From the NCBI GenBank assembly GCA_965238005.1, contig OZ250165.1, forward strand, positions 2,912,001 through 2,976,000: DNA of 64,000 nt. Direction: 5' to 3'. Both the position numbers and the translations under genes were made by a program. Each line of letters opens with the position of its first letter. Positions within the stretch are counted from its first letter, which is position 1. The notes beneath the pieces are model-generated. The model saw only the letters and a list, made by a program, of their open reading frames with translations. It ran no database searches and was not told the DNA's origin. Of this stretch, positions 37,038 through 47,900 are shown piece by piece. Source of the DNA: Longimicrobiales bacterium (GTDB lineage Bacteria > Gemmatimonadota > Gemmatimonadetes > Longimicrobiales > Gaopeijiaceae).

Positions 37038-38240
37038 TTAGCCGACCGCGTTGATCATGTCGAAGATGGGCAGGTACATGGCGACGATCATGCCACCGAC
37101 GACCACGCCCAGAACAACGATCATGATGGGCTCCATGGCGGCGAGCAGCGCCTCGACCGCGGCGTCGACCTCGTCGTCGTAGAAGTCGGCGATCTTCGTG
37201 AGCATGGTGTCCAGGCCTCCGGTCTGCTCACCCACGTTGATCATCTGAACCACCATGGGCGGGAACACGCCGGACTCCTTGAGCGGCCCGGCGATGGTCT
37301 CACCTCCCGCGATGGACGCTCGTGAGCTCATCACGGCGTCGTGGATGACCCGGTTGCCCGCAGTCTTGGCCGTGATCTCGAGCCCCTCGAGGATCGAGAC
37401 ACCGGAGGACACCAGCGTGCCCAGAGTCCGGGTGAAGCGGGCCACGGCGGCTTTCCGCTGTAGATCCCCCAGGATGGGCAGCGCCAACATCAGCTTGTCG
37501 ATGAAGAGCCTGCCACCGTCGGTGGAGTAGGCCTGCCTGATCGCGAAGACCGACGCCACGATCCCAATGAGCACGGCCCACCAGAACGCCTGGAGGAACT
37601 GCGACATGCCGATGACGATCCGGGTGGGTAGCGGCAGCGGGATCCCGGCGGACTCGAACATCGTCTGGAACGTCGGGATCACGAAGATGAGGAGGATGAC
37701 GATGGCCATGCCCGCCACCGAGAAGATGACGGCCGGGTAGATCATGGCTCCCTTGATCTTCCGGACCAGCGCGTCGTTCTTCTCGAGGAAGGTGGCCAGC
37801 CTGAGCAGAATCGTGTCCAGGATACCACCGGCCTCTCCGGCAGCCACCATGTTCACGAAGAGTTCGCTGAACACCTTGGGGTGCCTTCCCAAGGCGTCGG
37901 CCAGCGTGTGCCCCGACTCGACGTCGTAGAGCACCTCCCCCAGCACTTTGGCCAGAGCCTGGTTTTCGGTCTGCTCTCCGAGGATGTCCAGACTCTGGAC
38001 GAGAGGCAGCCCCGAGTTGATCATCGTCGCGAACTGGCGCGTGAAGATGACGATATCTCGGGTCGTGATGCCGGTCCCAAACTGAATCTGGAACTGCTTC
38101 GGCTTCTCCCGGACCGCGACGGGGATCAGCTTCTGCCTATGCAAGAAGGCTAGAACTTCGTCCTTGGTAGGAAGCTCGATCTCGCCTTGCTTGATGTCTC
38201 CGCCGGCGGCAGGCCGGGCACTCCAATTGAAGGTCGGCAT
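37038..38240 (-). CDS. pilC: Type IV pilus platform protein
   Basis: FTRQFATMINSGLP, AGEAGGILD, GAMIYP, GEQTGGLD, MYLPIF. Confidence 0.95.
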   Translation of the reverse strand: MPTFNWSARPAAGGDIKQGEIELPTKDEVLAFLHRQKLIPVAVREKPKQFQIQFGTGITTRDIVIFTRQFATMINSGLPLVQSLDILGEQTENQALAKVLGEVLYDVESGHTLADALGRHPKVFSELFVNMVAAGEAGGILDTILLRLATFLEKNDALVRKIKGAMIYPAVIFSVAGMAIVILLIFVIPTFQTMFESAGIPLPLPTRIVIGMSQFLQAFWWAVLIGIVASVFAIRQAYSTDGGRLFIDKLMLALPILGDLQRKAAVARFTRTLGTLVSSGVSILEGLEITAKTAGNRVIHDAVMSSRASIAGGETIAGPLKESGVFPPMVVQMINVGEQTGGLDTMLTKIADFYDDEVDAAVEALLAAMEPIMIVVLGVVVGGMIVAMYLPIFDMINAVG

Positions 38241-38266
38241 TCTTGTCTACCTACTGGTGGGTCTCA

Positions 38267-39379
38267 TTAAGCTGGCACGGGTTGACCCACGGCGCGCAGC
38301 AACTCGTTCTGGTCTCCAGATCGCTTCAGTGCTTCTTCAAGAGTAATGGTGCCCTGCATATAAAGCACCTGCAAGGAATCGTTCATCGTCTGCATCCCAT
38401 GCTTCTTACCGGCCTGCATGAGAGAATAGATTTGGTGGATCTTCTCGTCGCGGATCACCGCACGAATGGCCGCGGTACACATCATGACCTCAGCGGCGCA
38501 CACCCGACCTCTTCCCTTGGCCTTCGGGAGCAGCGTCTGTGTGATCACGCCCTCCAGGACGAACGCGAGCTGCGCCCTGACCTGGGCCTGCTGATGGGCC
38601 GGGAACGCGTCGATGATCCGGTTGATGGACTCGGCCGCCGAATTGGTGTGGAGCGTGGCGAGCACGAGGTGACCGGTCTCCGCGATCGTCAGCGCCGCGC
38701 CGATGGTCTCCAGATCGCGCATCTCGCCGATGAGGATGGTGTCGGGGTCCTGCCGCAGGGCGTACTTGAGGGCCGCGCTGAAGCTCTTGGTGTCCGCGCC
38801 CACCTCCCGCTGGTTCACCATGCACTTCTGGTGGCGGTGGATGAACTCGATGGGGTCCTCGATCGTGATGATGTGGCCCCGGCGCTCATTGTTGATCTTA
38901 TCGACAAGGGCGGCCAACGTCGTCGACTTCCCCGATCCCGTGGGTCCGGTCACCAGCACCAAGCCCCTGGGACGATCGGCGAAGTCCGCCACCACCGCCG
39001 GGAGCCCCAAGTCCGCGATGGTGACGATCTTATAGGGAATCATCCGGATCGCCATGGCGACGCAGCCGCGCTGCTTGAAGACGTTGCCCCGGAAGCGCGA
39101 CAGGTTCTGGACACCGAACGAGAAGTCCAGCTCGTCCTCGGTCTCGAAGCGCTTCTTCTGGGCCTCCGTCAGGATGGAGTAGGCGATCGAGAGCGTGTCC
39201 CTAGGCGTCAGAACGTGGTTGATCTGAGTATCGTGGAGATCACCGTCGATGCGTATCTTCGGCCTCGTCCCCGCGGTGATGTGGAGGTCGGAGGCGCCCT
39301 TCTGGATCATCTCCTGGAGGAGAAGGCGAAGGTTGAGCTCCTGTTGCTGGTCTTGCTCCGTCGTCGTCGTCGGATTCAT
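38267..39379 (-). CDS. pilT: Type IV pilus retraction ATPase
   Basis: GASDLH, GPTGSGKSTT, TIEDPIE, LRQDPD, AETGHLVLATLH, AIRAVIR, GMQTM. Confidence 0.97.
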   Translation of the reverse strand: MNPTTTTEQDQQQELNLRLLLQEMIQKGASDLHITAGTRPKIRIDGDLHDTQINHVLTPRDTLSIAYSILTEAQKKRFETEDELDFSFGVQNLSRFRGNVFKQRGCVAMAIRMIPYKIVTIADLGLPAVVADFADRPRGLVLVTGPTGSGKSTTLAALVDKINNERRGHIITIEDPIEFIHRHQKCMVNQREVGADTKSFSAALKYALRQDPDTILIGEMRDLETIGAALTIAETGHLVLATLHTNSAAESINRIIDAFPAHQQAQVRAQLAFVLEGVITQTLLPKAKGRGRVCAAEVMMCTAAIRAVIRDEKIHQIYSLMQAGKKHGMQTMNDSLQVLYMQGTITLEEALKRSGDQNELLRAVGQPVPA

Positions 39380-39410
39380 TCAGAGTCTCGTTGTAGGGTT
39401 CACGGCTGGC

Positions 39411-41123
39411 TCAATCCCCCGTCGAGGTCTCCTTGATGACCTCATCCAAGGTCGTGATGCCTCGCCCCGCCTTCAAGAGACCGTCCATCCGGAGCGTGAG
39501 CATCCCCTCCTCCAGAGCCACTTCACGCAGCTCATCGGTGCTGGCCTCGGCCATGATGGCTTTTCTGATCGCGGCATTCACGTCCATCACCTCGTACAGG
39601 CCCTGACGGCCCTTGTACCCTGTGTTACCGCACTTGTCACAGCCCTCGCCACGGTAGAGGGTCACCTTGTTGATCCAGTCGTCCGGCAGCTTGGCCGACT
39701 TGAGGTACTCGTCCTCGTAGGTCGCCTCGACCTTGCAGTTCTCGCATATACGCCGGAGAAGCCGCTGGGCAGTCAAAAGGTTGAGCGCAGCCGCCAGGTT
39801 GAACGGCTCCAGGCCCATGTCGATCAGACGGGTGATCGTGGACGGGGTATCGTTGGTATGGAGGGTCGAGAGCATCAGGTGGCCTGTGAGGGCCGCCTTG
39901 ATGGCGATCCCGCCCGTCTCGAGGTCACGAATCTCACCGACCATGATGATGTTCGGGTCCTGCCGCAGAAACGCCCTGAGGGCCGCGGCGAAGGTCATCC
40001 CGATCTCGCTTCGCACGAGGACCTGATTGATCCCGTGGAGGTTATACTCCACGGGATCCTCGGCCGTCATGATGTTGACGCCCTCGTCGTTGATCTGGGA
40101 CAGGGCGGAGTAGAGCGTCGTCGTCTTTCCGGAACCGGTGGGCCCCGTCACCAGGACCATGCCGTAGAGGCTTGCGATGGCCCCCATGAAGTCCTTCTCG
40201 GCCTTGGGCTCGAATCCGAACAGCCTGAGGTCGAAAGTGAGGTTCCCGGCGTCCAGGATACGCATCACGATCTTCTCGCCGAAGATCACGGGTAGCGTCG
40301 AGACGCGGAAGTCCACCACCTTGCGCTTCATCCTCAGCTTGATGCGCCCGTCCTGCGGCACCCTTCGCTCGGCGATGTTCAGGTCCGAGAGGATCTTAAT
40401 ACGAGAGGTGAGCGCCGCCTTCATCTTCATCGGCGGCTTCATGACCTCGTAGAGGGTCCCATCGAGCCGGTACCGGACGCGGACCTCCTTCTCGTAGGGC
40501 TCGATGTGGATGTCGGAGACGCCTTTACGTACTGCGTCCGTGAGCAGCCCGTTGATGAACTTCACCACCGGAGCCTCGTCGACCTCGGCCTGGAGGGCAG
40601 CGACGCTGTCCTCGATATCCTCTTCGACGAACTCGAGGTCCTCCTCGAGGAAGCCGCCGAGGAGGTCGTCTATGGCATCCTCGGACGCACCGTAGTAGCG
40701 CTCCAGATGGTGGCGGAGCGTGTACTCTCCGACGATCACAGGCTCGATGTCGAAGCGGGTCTTGAAGCGGAGGACGTCGACGGCTTCCAGGTCGGACGGG
40801 TTCGCCATGGCGACGGTGAGCGTTCGGCCCACTTTTCGGAGGGGCAGAACCAGGTGCTTGTAGGCCATATCACGGTCGATGAGTCTATGGATCTTCTCTT
40901 CGACAGTGACCTTCTCGAGGTCGACGGCCGGCAGGCGGTACTGCTTGGAGAGCATCCGCGTGAGCTCGTTCTCCGCCACGAAGCCGAGCTTCACGAGTGA
41001 GAAGCCGACACGGGTGCCGTTTTCCGTGGCGTCCTTCAACGCCTCTTGCAACTGGCCGGCATCGATGAGGCCTTCTCGCACGAAAAGGTCACCAAGGCGA
41101 ACTTCTGCGACGTTGGTTGGCAT
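39411..41123 (-). CDS. pilB: Type IV pilus extension ATPase
   Basis: RLGDLFV (MshEN-like), SDIHIEP, ERRVPQDG, GPTGSGKTTT, LRQDP, two CxxC motifs. Confidence 0.97.
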   Translation of the reverse strand: MPTNVAEVRLGDLFVREGLIDAGQLQEALKDATENGTRVGFSLVKLGFVAENELTRMLSKQYRLPAVDLEKVTVEEKIHRLIDRDMAYKHLVLPLRKVGRTLTVAMANPSDLEAVDVLRFKTRFDIEPVIVGEYTLRHHLERYYGASEDAIDDLLGGFLEEDLEFVEEDIEDSVAALQAEVDEAPVVKFINGLLTDAVRKGVSDIHIEPYEKEVRVRYRLDGTLYEVMKPPMKMKAALTSRIKILSDLNIAERRVPQDGRIKLRMKRKVVDFRVSTLPVIFGEKIVMRILDAGNLTFDLRLFGFEPKAEKDFMGAIASLYGMVLVTGPTGSGKTTTLYSALSQINDEGVNIMTAEDPVEYNLHGINQVLVRSEIGMTFAAALRAFLRQDPNIIMVGEIRDLETGGIAIKAALTGHLMLSTLHTNDTPSTITRLIDMGLEPFNLAAALNLLTAQRLLRRICENCKVEATYEDEYLKSAKLPDDWINKVTLYRGEGCDKCGNTGYKGRQGLYEVMDVNAAIRKAIMAEASTDELREVALEEGMLTLRMDGLLKAGRGITTLDEVIKETSTGD

Positions 41124-41163
41124 CGCCTGAGCCCTCCCCCCAGAGCGTAGTCAGTCAGAAACG

Positions 41164-41197
41164 TTTGGTTGTCTACAACCAGTTGTCTACAACCAAA
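41164..41197. promoter_or_regulatory. Tandem palindromic operator-like boxes upstream of pilB
   Basis: GGTTGTCTACAACC immediately followed by AGTTGTCTACAACC, flanked by TTTGG/CCAAA. Confidence 0.6.
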
Positions 41198-41237
41198 GGG
41201 TAGGATCGGGCGGCCCTGACGGGCAAGCACGAGTCGC

Positions 41238-41906
41238 TCAGCCGCCAGCGGACACGAGAGGCTTCAGGCGGGCTACGGTGGCGGGACCGATCCCCCTGAC
41301 TCTCTCGAGGTCGTCCGGGGTGCGGAATCCGCCCAAGCTGTCACGAAGAGCCAGGATCCGCTGAGCGATGGTCGGTCCTACCCCGGGCAGCCTTTCCAGC
41401 TCCTGGCGGCTCGCCCGGTTCAGATCGATGACCGAATCCGTGAGCGACGGCCCACCACGACCCCGATGCCGAGGACTGGCCAGGGTCCGAGCACGACCGT
41501 TCGACGCGCCCCGCCACTCCAGATGCGGCGCCATCCGTGCCAGCGTCGCCGGCCCGATTCCCGGAACGGCCAGGAGATCGTCGACCCCCGAGAACACTCC
41601 CTTCTCCTCCCGCAGACGGACGATCCTTTTCGCGGTGGCAGGCCCCACTCCGGGCAGGCGGTCCAGCTCCTCCTCGGGAGCCGTGTTGGGATCGAGCCTC
41701 TCATCGGGTGGCAAGGGGCGCTTGCGGCGCTCTTCTTCGCTCCTCCGCTCACTGCTCTCCGCCAGGAGCCTTCCCGTTTCGGAGGCCGCGGCCTCATATG
41801 GGGTCGGCCCCCTAGGTCTCCAGTGGCTAGCTACAGAGCGCACTACGCATAGAGAGAGCACGAGAAGGGCCGCCCGTTCGAGGGCCCGGGCTTCCGCAGA
41901 CGTCAT
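41238..41906 (-). CDS. comEA: ComEA-family DNA-binding protein with two helix-hairpin-helix units
   Basis: N-terminal hydrophobic segment; LDPNTA..ELDRLPGVGPATA and IDLNRAS..ELERLPGVGPTIA, each followed by VxGIGP. Confidence 0.85.
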   Translation of the reverse strand: MTSAEARALERAALLVLSLCVVRSVASHWRPRGPTPYEAAASETGRLLAESSERRSEEERRKRPLPPDERLDPNTAPEEELDRLPGVGPATAKRIVRLREEKGVFSGVDDLLAVPGIGPATLARMAPHLEWRGASNGRARTLASPRHRGRGGPSLTDSVIDLNRASRQELERLPGVGPTIAQRILALRDSLGGFRTPDDLERVRGIGPATVARLKPLVSAGG

Positions 41907-41971
41907 GCGCCAACCTGTGCCCCACGCCCGGGCGAAGACATGGTCACAAGGGTAACCCGGGGTGGGCACGA

Positions 41972-44900
41972 TCAGCGAAGCAGAGCGTCGTCGGCGATGA
42001 CGAAGCGACCGAACAATCCGAACTGGAACTGCGTCGACCCCGATCGTAGGCCGACGAAAGATCTCCGGTCGGTGTACGAGAGCTGTAGCCGTAGATCGGT
42101 TCCCGACACCGTCGTCTCCAGACGCACCATCAGGCTTCGAATGAGCTCATCGAGAAAGGGCACGCAGTCCGTTCCACCCGCGGTGGTGCGGCAGTGTCTG
42201 TCAGAGGTGAACTGGTAGAGCGCCGACGTCGTCAGGGGCCGCTCGAGACGGTCGGCCCATCCTATGGGGGGGCGGAACGTCCCCGATATCGAAAAGGTGT
42301 GGTTCCGCCTCGTTCGCTCCGTGTCCCCAGTGGGATCCCCTCCCTCTCCCCTGACGAACGATCCCCTGTAGCTGGTGGACAAGCTGCCCCCCCACACTAC
42401 GGCCAAGTCCACGGGAATCCGCTCATCCTGCTGGAAGCGCCGCTGTTGGCCGAATCCACCGAACGCGGTCTCCTGCCTGATCCGCTGAAATCCCGTGGAC
42501 AGGCTTACCCGCCGAAGAAGCGATTGGCTTTCGGGCAACGGGAGGCTGGCCACTGCGGCCGACACGTCGGGCCATGTCTCACGCCTGAGCGTTCGGTCAC
42601 TCCTGGTGTCGAGTGTGTTGGCCTTGCTGAGCCGATAGTTCACGCCCACCTGGAGCGCTGCCGGTAGGCGGACGCCCGAGCGAGCGGCCCATCCGCTCCT
42701 GTCGGTGAGCGTCGTGGCCGTGTCTGCATCCAGGAACCGGTAACCATCCATGTCCGAGAACCCGAACCGATATCCGACCCCGGGGCTGACGGGCCTACGG
42801 TTGAACCGTGAGGTGATGCCTTCCTGATAGGTGATGGAGACCGGATCCACGGATCCGAGCAGCCGGCGCAAGAAACGGCCGAGGCCCGACTCCTCCGAGT
42901 CTTGCGGGGGCGGACCCAACAGGGCGGCCGGGAGGATGGTGAACTGGCCCGTGAAGTCCTTCTGTCCGTTGACGTTGCGCTGGAGGGCCAGAACCGTATC
43001 TCCGCCCTCCAAGCTACGATCCACGAACGTGGCGTTCCGGTCGCTGGAGTAGTACGTCTGCCACCCCAGGTTGGCGCGAAGCCAATCTCCCAGCCGGGGC
43101 TCATAGTTCATCCGGGTCCGAAGCAGCTGATCCGTCTCCCAGCCGAAGTCCAGGCCGAATAGCTCGGAGCGCTCCTCGTCCAGGAGCCCCTGGATTTCGG
43201 TGTCCGTCACGGCCTCCTCGGGAGCCAACAGGTCTCGAATCGACACCAGATCGGCCTGCGCGGTGAGCGCCCGGAAGGGTCGGAAGACGATCTCCATGGC
43301 GCCCTCGAATGACTCCCTCGGCGACAGGGTCGCCTGCAGGAGGGTGTCCCCCGGAGCCTCCACGATCTGGTCGAAGCGAAGGGCCCGCTGGTCTGCCCTT
43401 GCGTACGACGCGCCGAAGGACAGGCGCTCCGGTGTCCACCGAAGGCGGCTGTTCACGATGGCGTCCCCCCACTCCTTCGGGAGGAGCCAGCGGATCACCG
43501 GGCGGAGGAAGCCGGGGATCACCCCGAATTCGCGCCTTCCTACCGCACGGCCGTATCCCACCCGTGCATCCACGCCCTCCGAGGAGCCCTTCGCCGTAAT
43601 CGAGCTCGAGTTCACGGTGTAGTAACCGGCCCGGGCCTCCAGCCCGTCGAGGAGCAGGCCGACAACCGGGTTCGCCGATGGACTCCGTTTCCGGAAGGAG
43701 ATGTCAACGCGGGTTCGGCGAGAGCCCGTCTCTCGAAGATTCTCGACGCTTCCCGCCCTCACGTCGCTTCGGGCGAGGAACTGCGGATCCTGATCGACCT
43801 GGACGTGGGATATCGTCAGCGGAATCTCGACCCCCCAGGTAGCGGGCGTCATGCGCCCGAGGTTGAGGGTCGAATTCAGATTGAATACCCGATCCGCCTG
43901 AAAGGTCGGGTTCTCCTTGAGCTGCCTGAACAAGGCCCCTCGGTTGGTGAAGGTCATGTGGGTCGTCCATACGTCGGAAGCTTCCACGTCCACGCCGAAG
44001 TGCGACGCCACGCCCACGTCCCGAAGGGGGTCGGACAGGCGCATGTCGTTGACCCATACCTCACCGGTGGTCGGCCCCGCGAGCCGGTTCCAGACTCCCA
44101 GTGACAGCTCGCGGACCGCCGCCAGGTTCGGAGCACGAGCCCGGTCCTTCAACACGACTGCATAGGTCGAGTCCCGGGCCCACAGCTCCAACGGTGGATC
44201 TCCGGGCCCCCTGGGGTTGACGATGAGCTCCTCCTCCGCCTCTCGCCGGAGGTTGAGCCACTCGGTGAAGTCCACCACGATCTCCGGCAGCCAGTCCCCC
44301 GGAGTCACGCGATCGGGACTGACCACCCGCGTGAGCGGTGTCCGGTAGAGATAGAAGTTCTCGGCGTCTTCGCCCACCTTCACGAAGAAGGAGACGGGCT
44401 GGGTCGGTCCCCAGTCACCGGCACGGGCCAGGGCCCACAACCGGAGCTCCCCGTAGCCGAGGAAATCCCTGGGACGCTGGGGAAACCGGTTGAAGACCTC
44501 GGCGCGGTCGCCGGACTGGAGGTCCTCGTACTCGAGCTTCAAGCCCTTCTCGTTGAACTCGAGGCCACGGCCTCCGAACGTGGCAGTCGGGTCGTCGAGC
44601 TCCTGGACGACCCCCGGGGGCGCTTGATACCCATCCCCTTCCGTGACTCGGCTGACCGGACCCACCCCTGCGCGTCCCACGAAGCTCGCCGTATCACCCA
44701 CGATCCCCCTCAGGACGCCCGACTCGGTGCGCCTGACCCAGCGGGTTCCCACGATGCGCATTCGGGCGAGCACGAACTGCTGCTCTCTGGCCCCGGCAAC
44801 GGTGATCCGCATGTGCTTCACGGCACGGAAATCCGCCTCGGAGAAGGAGCCCGGCACCTCCGTAGCCCCCGCTCCCCTGAGGGGTACGCGGTAGAGCTGG

Positions 44901-47900
44901 AAGCTGGTACCGGTCTCGGCCCGGGTGCGGACCAAGAAGGGAGAGGAGCCATCCAGACGGACGACGAAGCGCAAATAGCGCTCGAGCGTGTCGAGGTTCC
45001 CGTCCCCGTCCAGGTCTTCCGAGTCCTGCCTCCCGTTTCCCCGCGTGCAGTTGGCGCGTGGGTCTCCGGTGGAGTAGACCGCCGCCGGCTCGGCCTGGCA
45101 CGCCTCGAGCCAAACGCCCCGTTGGTCGGCTTCTTCGCTCCAGATCTCGCCGAGTCGCGGATCGGCCTCGTGGTCCAGGATCCCCCTGCCCCACGGTGTG
45201 CCGTTGCTCTTCACACCGTTGACGCGCCCCTGGGTGTCCACGAACAGGGCGTCCTCCGCTACGATGCCCAGATCGATGACCAGGCTCAGCGAGTCTCCTT
45301 CGGCCACGTAGAACTCCAGGGACTCACTCTTGCTGAGGTCGAGGCCCGTGGCGCTGAGGCTGGTGGACATGGACCGCCACGAGGTTCGGTCGGGGACATC
45401 CTGATTGGGCGTGAAAGAAAAGAGCAGGCCGATCTCCCGAGCCTGGCTGCCCTGGACGTTGATCTGCCGGTCGATGCCGTCCTGGGGGAAGAACCCGGCG
45501 AAAACACCCACACTGTCTTGCCGGACACCCCGAAGCGTCCAGCTGTGCTGCCATACGAGATCCCCCGCGTCCGTCTGGTTCAGCGCCACCGGGAGCACAC
45601 CCTCGGCGCCGTCCCGGAAGCCCGGTGCGCTGCCGTGGAGCCAGTCGTACGAGAAGAGGGAGAGAGAGAGCTCGTTGGACGCGTCGAAGTCGTCGAGGAA
45701 CACGTCGGATCGGATGTTCGGATTCGGAAAGGAAAGGGCCACCTCTCCCTCGACCCCGATGCGCGACGGCCCCCCGACGCGCAAGAACGGGATGCTCTCA
45801 ACCAGGCGGTCGAGCCCCCTGGCCGGAAAGTCGAAGTCCATGCTGAGACCGCTCAGGGTAATGGCCGCCGGCTCCACTCCGAGCTGCGGTCGGTTCACCA
45901 GCGTTCTCTCACGCTGATGGAGGGCGAGGAAGTTGAAGCCGCCCACCTCCCCTGCCGACAGGCGCCCGCTGAGCCCGAAGACGGTGGTGGGCTTCACCTG
46001 GAAGATGGACTTCTGTTCCCAGGAAGCCCGGACGACCGGCTCCGACGCCGTCGCGAAGAGAACCTCCGGCTGGATGAGCGTCACCTGGCCGATGGAGTAG
46101 TCGATCTCGTAGTCGACGCCGCGAGCCAGAAGGCGGTCCCCCAAGAAGATCCTCTCCGAGTCGTCGCGGATACCGATGGCTCCCAGGGAGAAGGAAGAGA
46201 TAACCCCCCTGCTCCGCAGCTCGAAGGGGATGGTCAGGCGGTAGAGTCCCCCGCTTTCCCTCCGAAAGGGGTCCTCCTCTTGGTAGATGGTGGGGTTCCC
46301 GTCGGCCCCGAGAATCTGCGCCGCCTCGACGTCACTGAGCCCCAGGGACTCGATGGGCGGTGGGATCTGGAAGGGTCGGAGGGTCGGAAAGACGATGAAC
46401 ACACCAGGAATCACCGGTTGCTCCTGGAAGACATCCAGGGCCGGCTTGTACACACCCGCCGCGTCGAGGACGTCCACCGGCGATTCCTCGTCCAGGCCGA
46501 AGAGGCGCAGGAAGGTGATGTCCCTGCCGCCGAGATCGCGCTTGAACGTTCGCCCCGCGCTGAGCTCACCCAACGAGATGGTCAGCTGCACCGAGCTCGG
46601 ATCCACGTCGGGCGAGGAGGAGATCCGGTATACCTGGTGCATCTCCAGGTCCCACGTGGGCCGGCCGGGACGGTGATTGGCCCTCGACGCCTTGAGCAGC
46701 TTGAGGCGGGGGCGTCCCCCTTCGTTGTAGACCCGTTCGGGGTTGTACGTACCGATGGTGTCGCCAGTGGCCGTGACGTAGGTCACGGCGAGCATCTCGT
46801 CCCGCCGCAGAGGCTGGCGGAGGGCCAGCCAGAGCCCGCTCGAGTGGACGGAGTAGTCGACACCGGGCTGTAGGAAGCGGAACCACCCCGACTCCTCGAC
46901 GGTGTCGCCATCCTTGGTGGCGAAGCCGTCGGCCTGTATGAGGCCTTCGATCTGCTGGCGGGTCACCGGGTCCGTCTCGAAGCGGTAGACCTGGATCGGT
47001 GCCACCCCCGGCGATAGGGCCGCGGGCCCGGACGAAAGGTCGAGCGAAAGCACGTCGATGTGCGGACTGCGATCGATGAACTCGGGATCCACCAAAAAGA
47101 AGAACTGCCCGCGGACGTAGTCGGCGTCGTCGAGGACCAGAGTATCAACCTGCACGAAGCCCTCCTGCCCGGGGCCTCCGCTGAGGCGGAACTCCCGCCT
47201 GGACAGGTCACCCTGCTGCTGGGCCCATACGCCGTCTAACTCGAGCGGTCCCAACTGGCCCGACGCCAGGAATCCGAAGTTCCCGGCAGGGATGCCCTCG
47301 GTGAGGAAGTGGGAAGCCGGAAGATCGAACGTGATGTCGCCCAATTCGAGGTGCTGCAGTACCTCGTCCTCTTCACCCTCGTAGAAGATGTTGATGTTGT
47401 TCGCCGCGGAGAACTCGCGGGCCTGGTCGAAGTCCACGTCCAACCTGATGCGCTCCGCTATGGTGCCCTGGGCCCGCACGGCGAATTGGATGTCCGGGTC
47501 GAGCTGCGGCAGCAGGCCGGGGTCGCAAGAGAACTGGACCCGCGTGTCACAGGGTCGAAAGCGCGTCCAGTCGCCCCCCAACTCGGCCTGTCCCACGATC
47601 TCGACGTCCAGGTCCGCCAGCCCACCGACCGGGAGTGACGCATCGCTTTCCCCAGACACCGGTCTCCGAGCCCTCTCGGGGGCGGACGGCTCGAACAATG
47701 CCATCCGCTGCAGCGTGAGGCGCCGCCGCATGAGCGTGGGCCCCGGAGCGACCAGCCAGCGCGACGCGATGGGTATGGGACCTCCCCGGACGACGGCCGG
47801 GACCTCGAGCTCGAACGGAACCAGCGGTAGGACCGGTTTTAGGCCGAGTCGTGCCACTGGGGCCGGAGCCGCTCCGGAACGGCCCGGGAAGGCCGCGAGA

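Noticed and set aside
44624..46873. Long antisense ORFs (749 aa here; also 53734..55461, 25501..26931, 35224..36564)
   Set aside because: Shadow frames of real GC-rich genes with no recognisable motifs.
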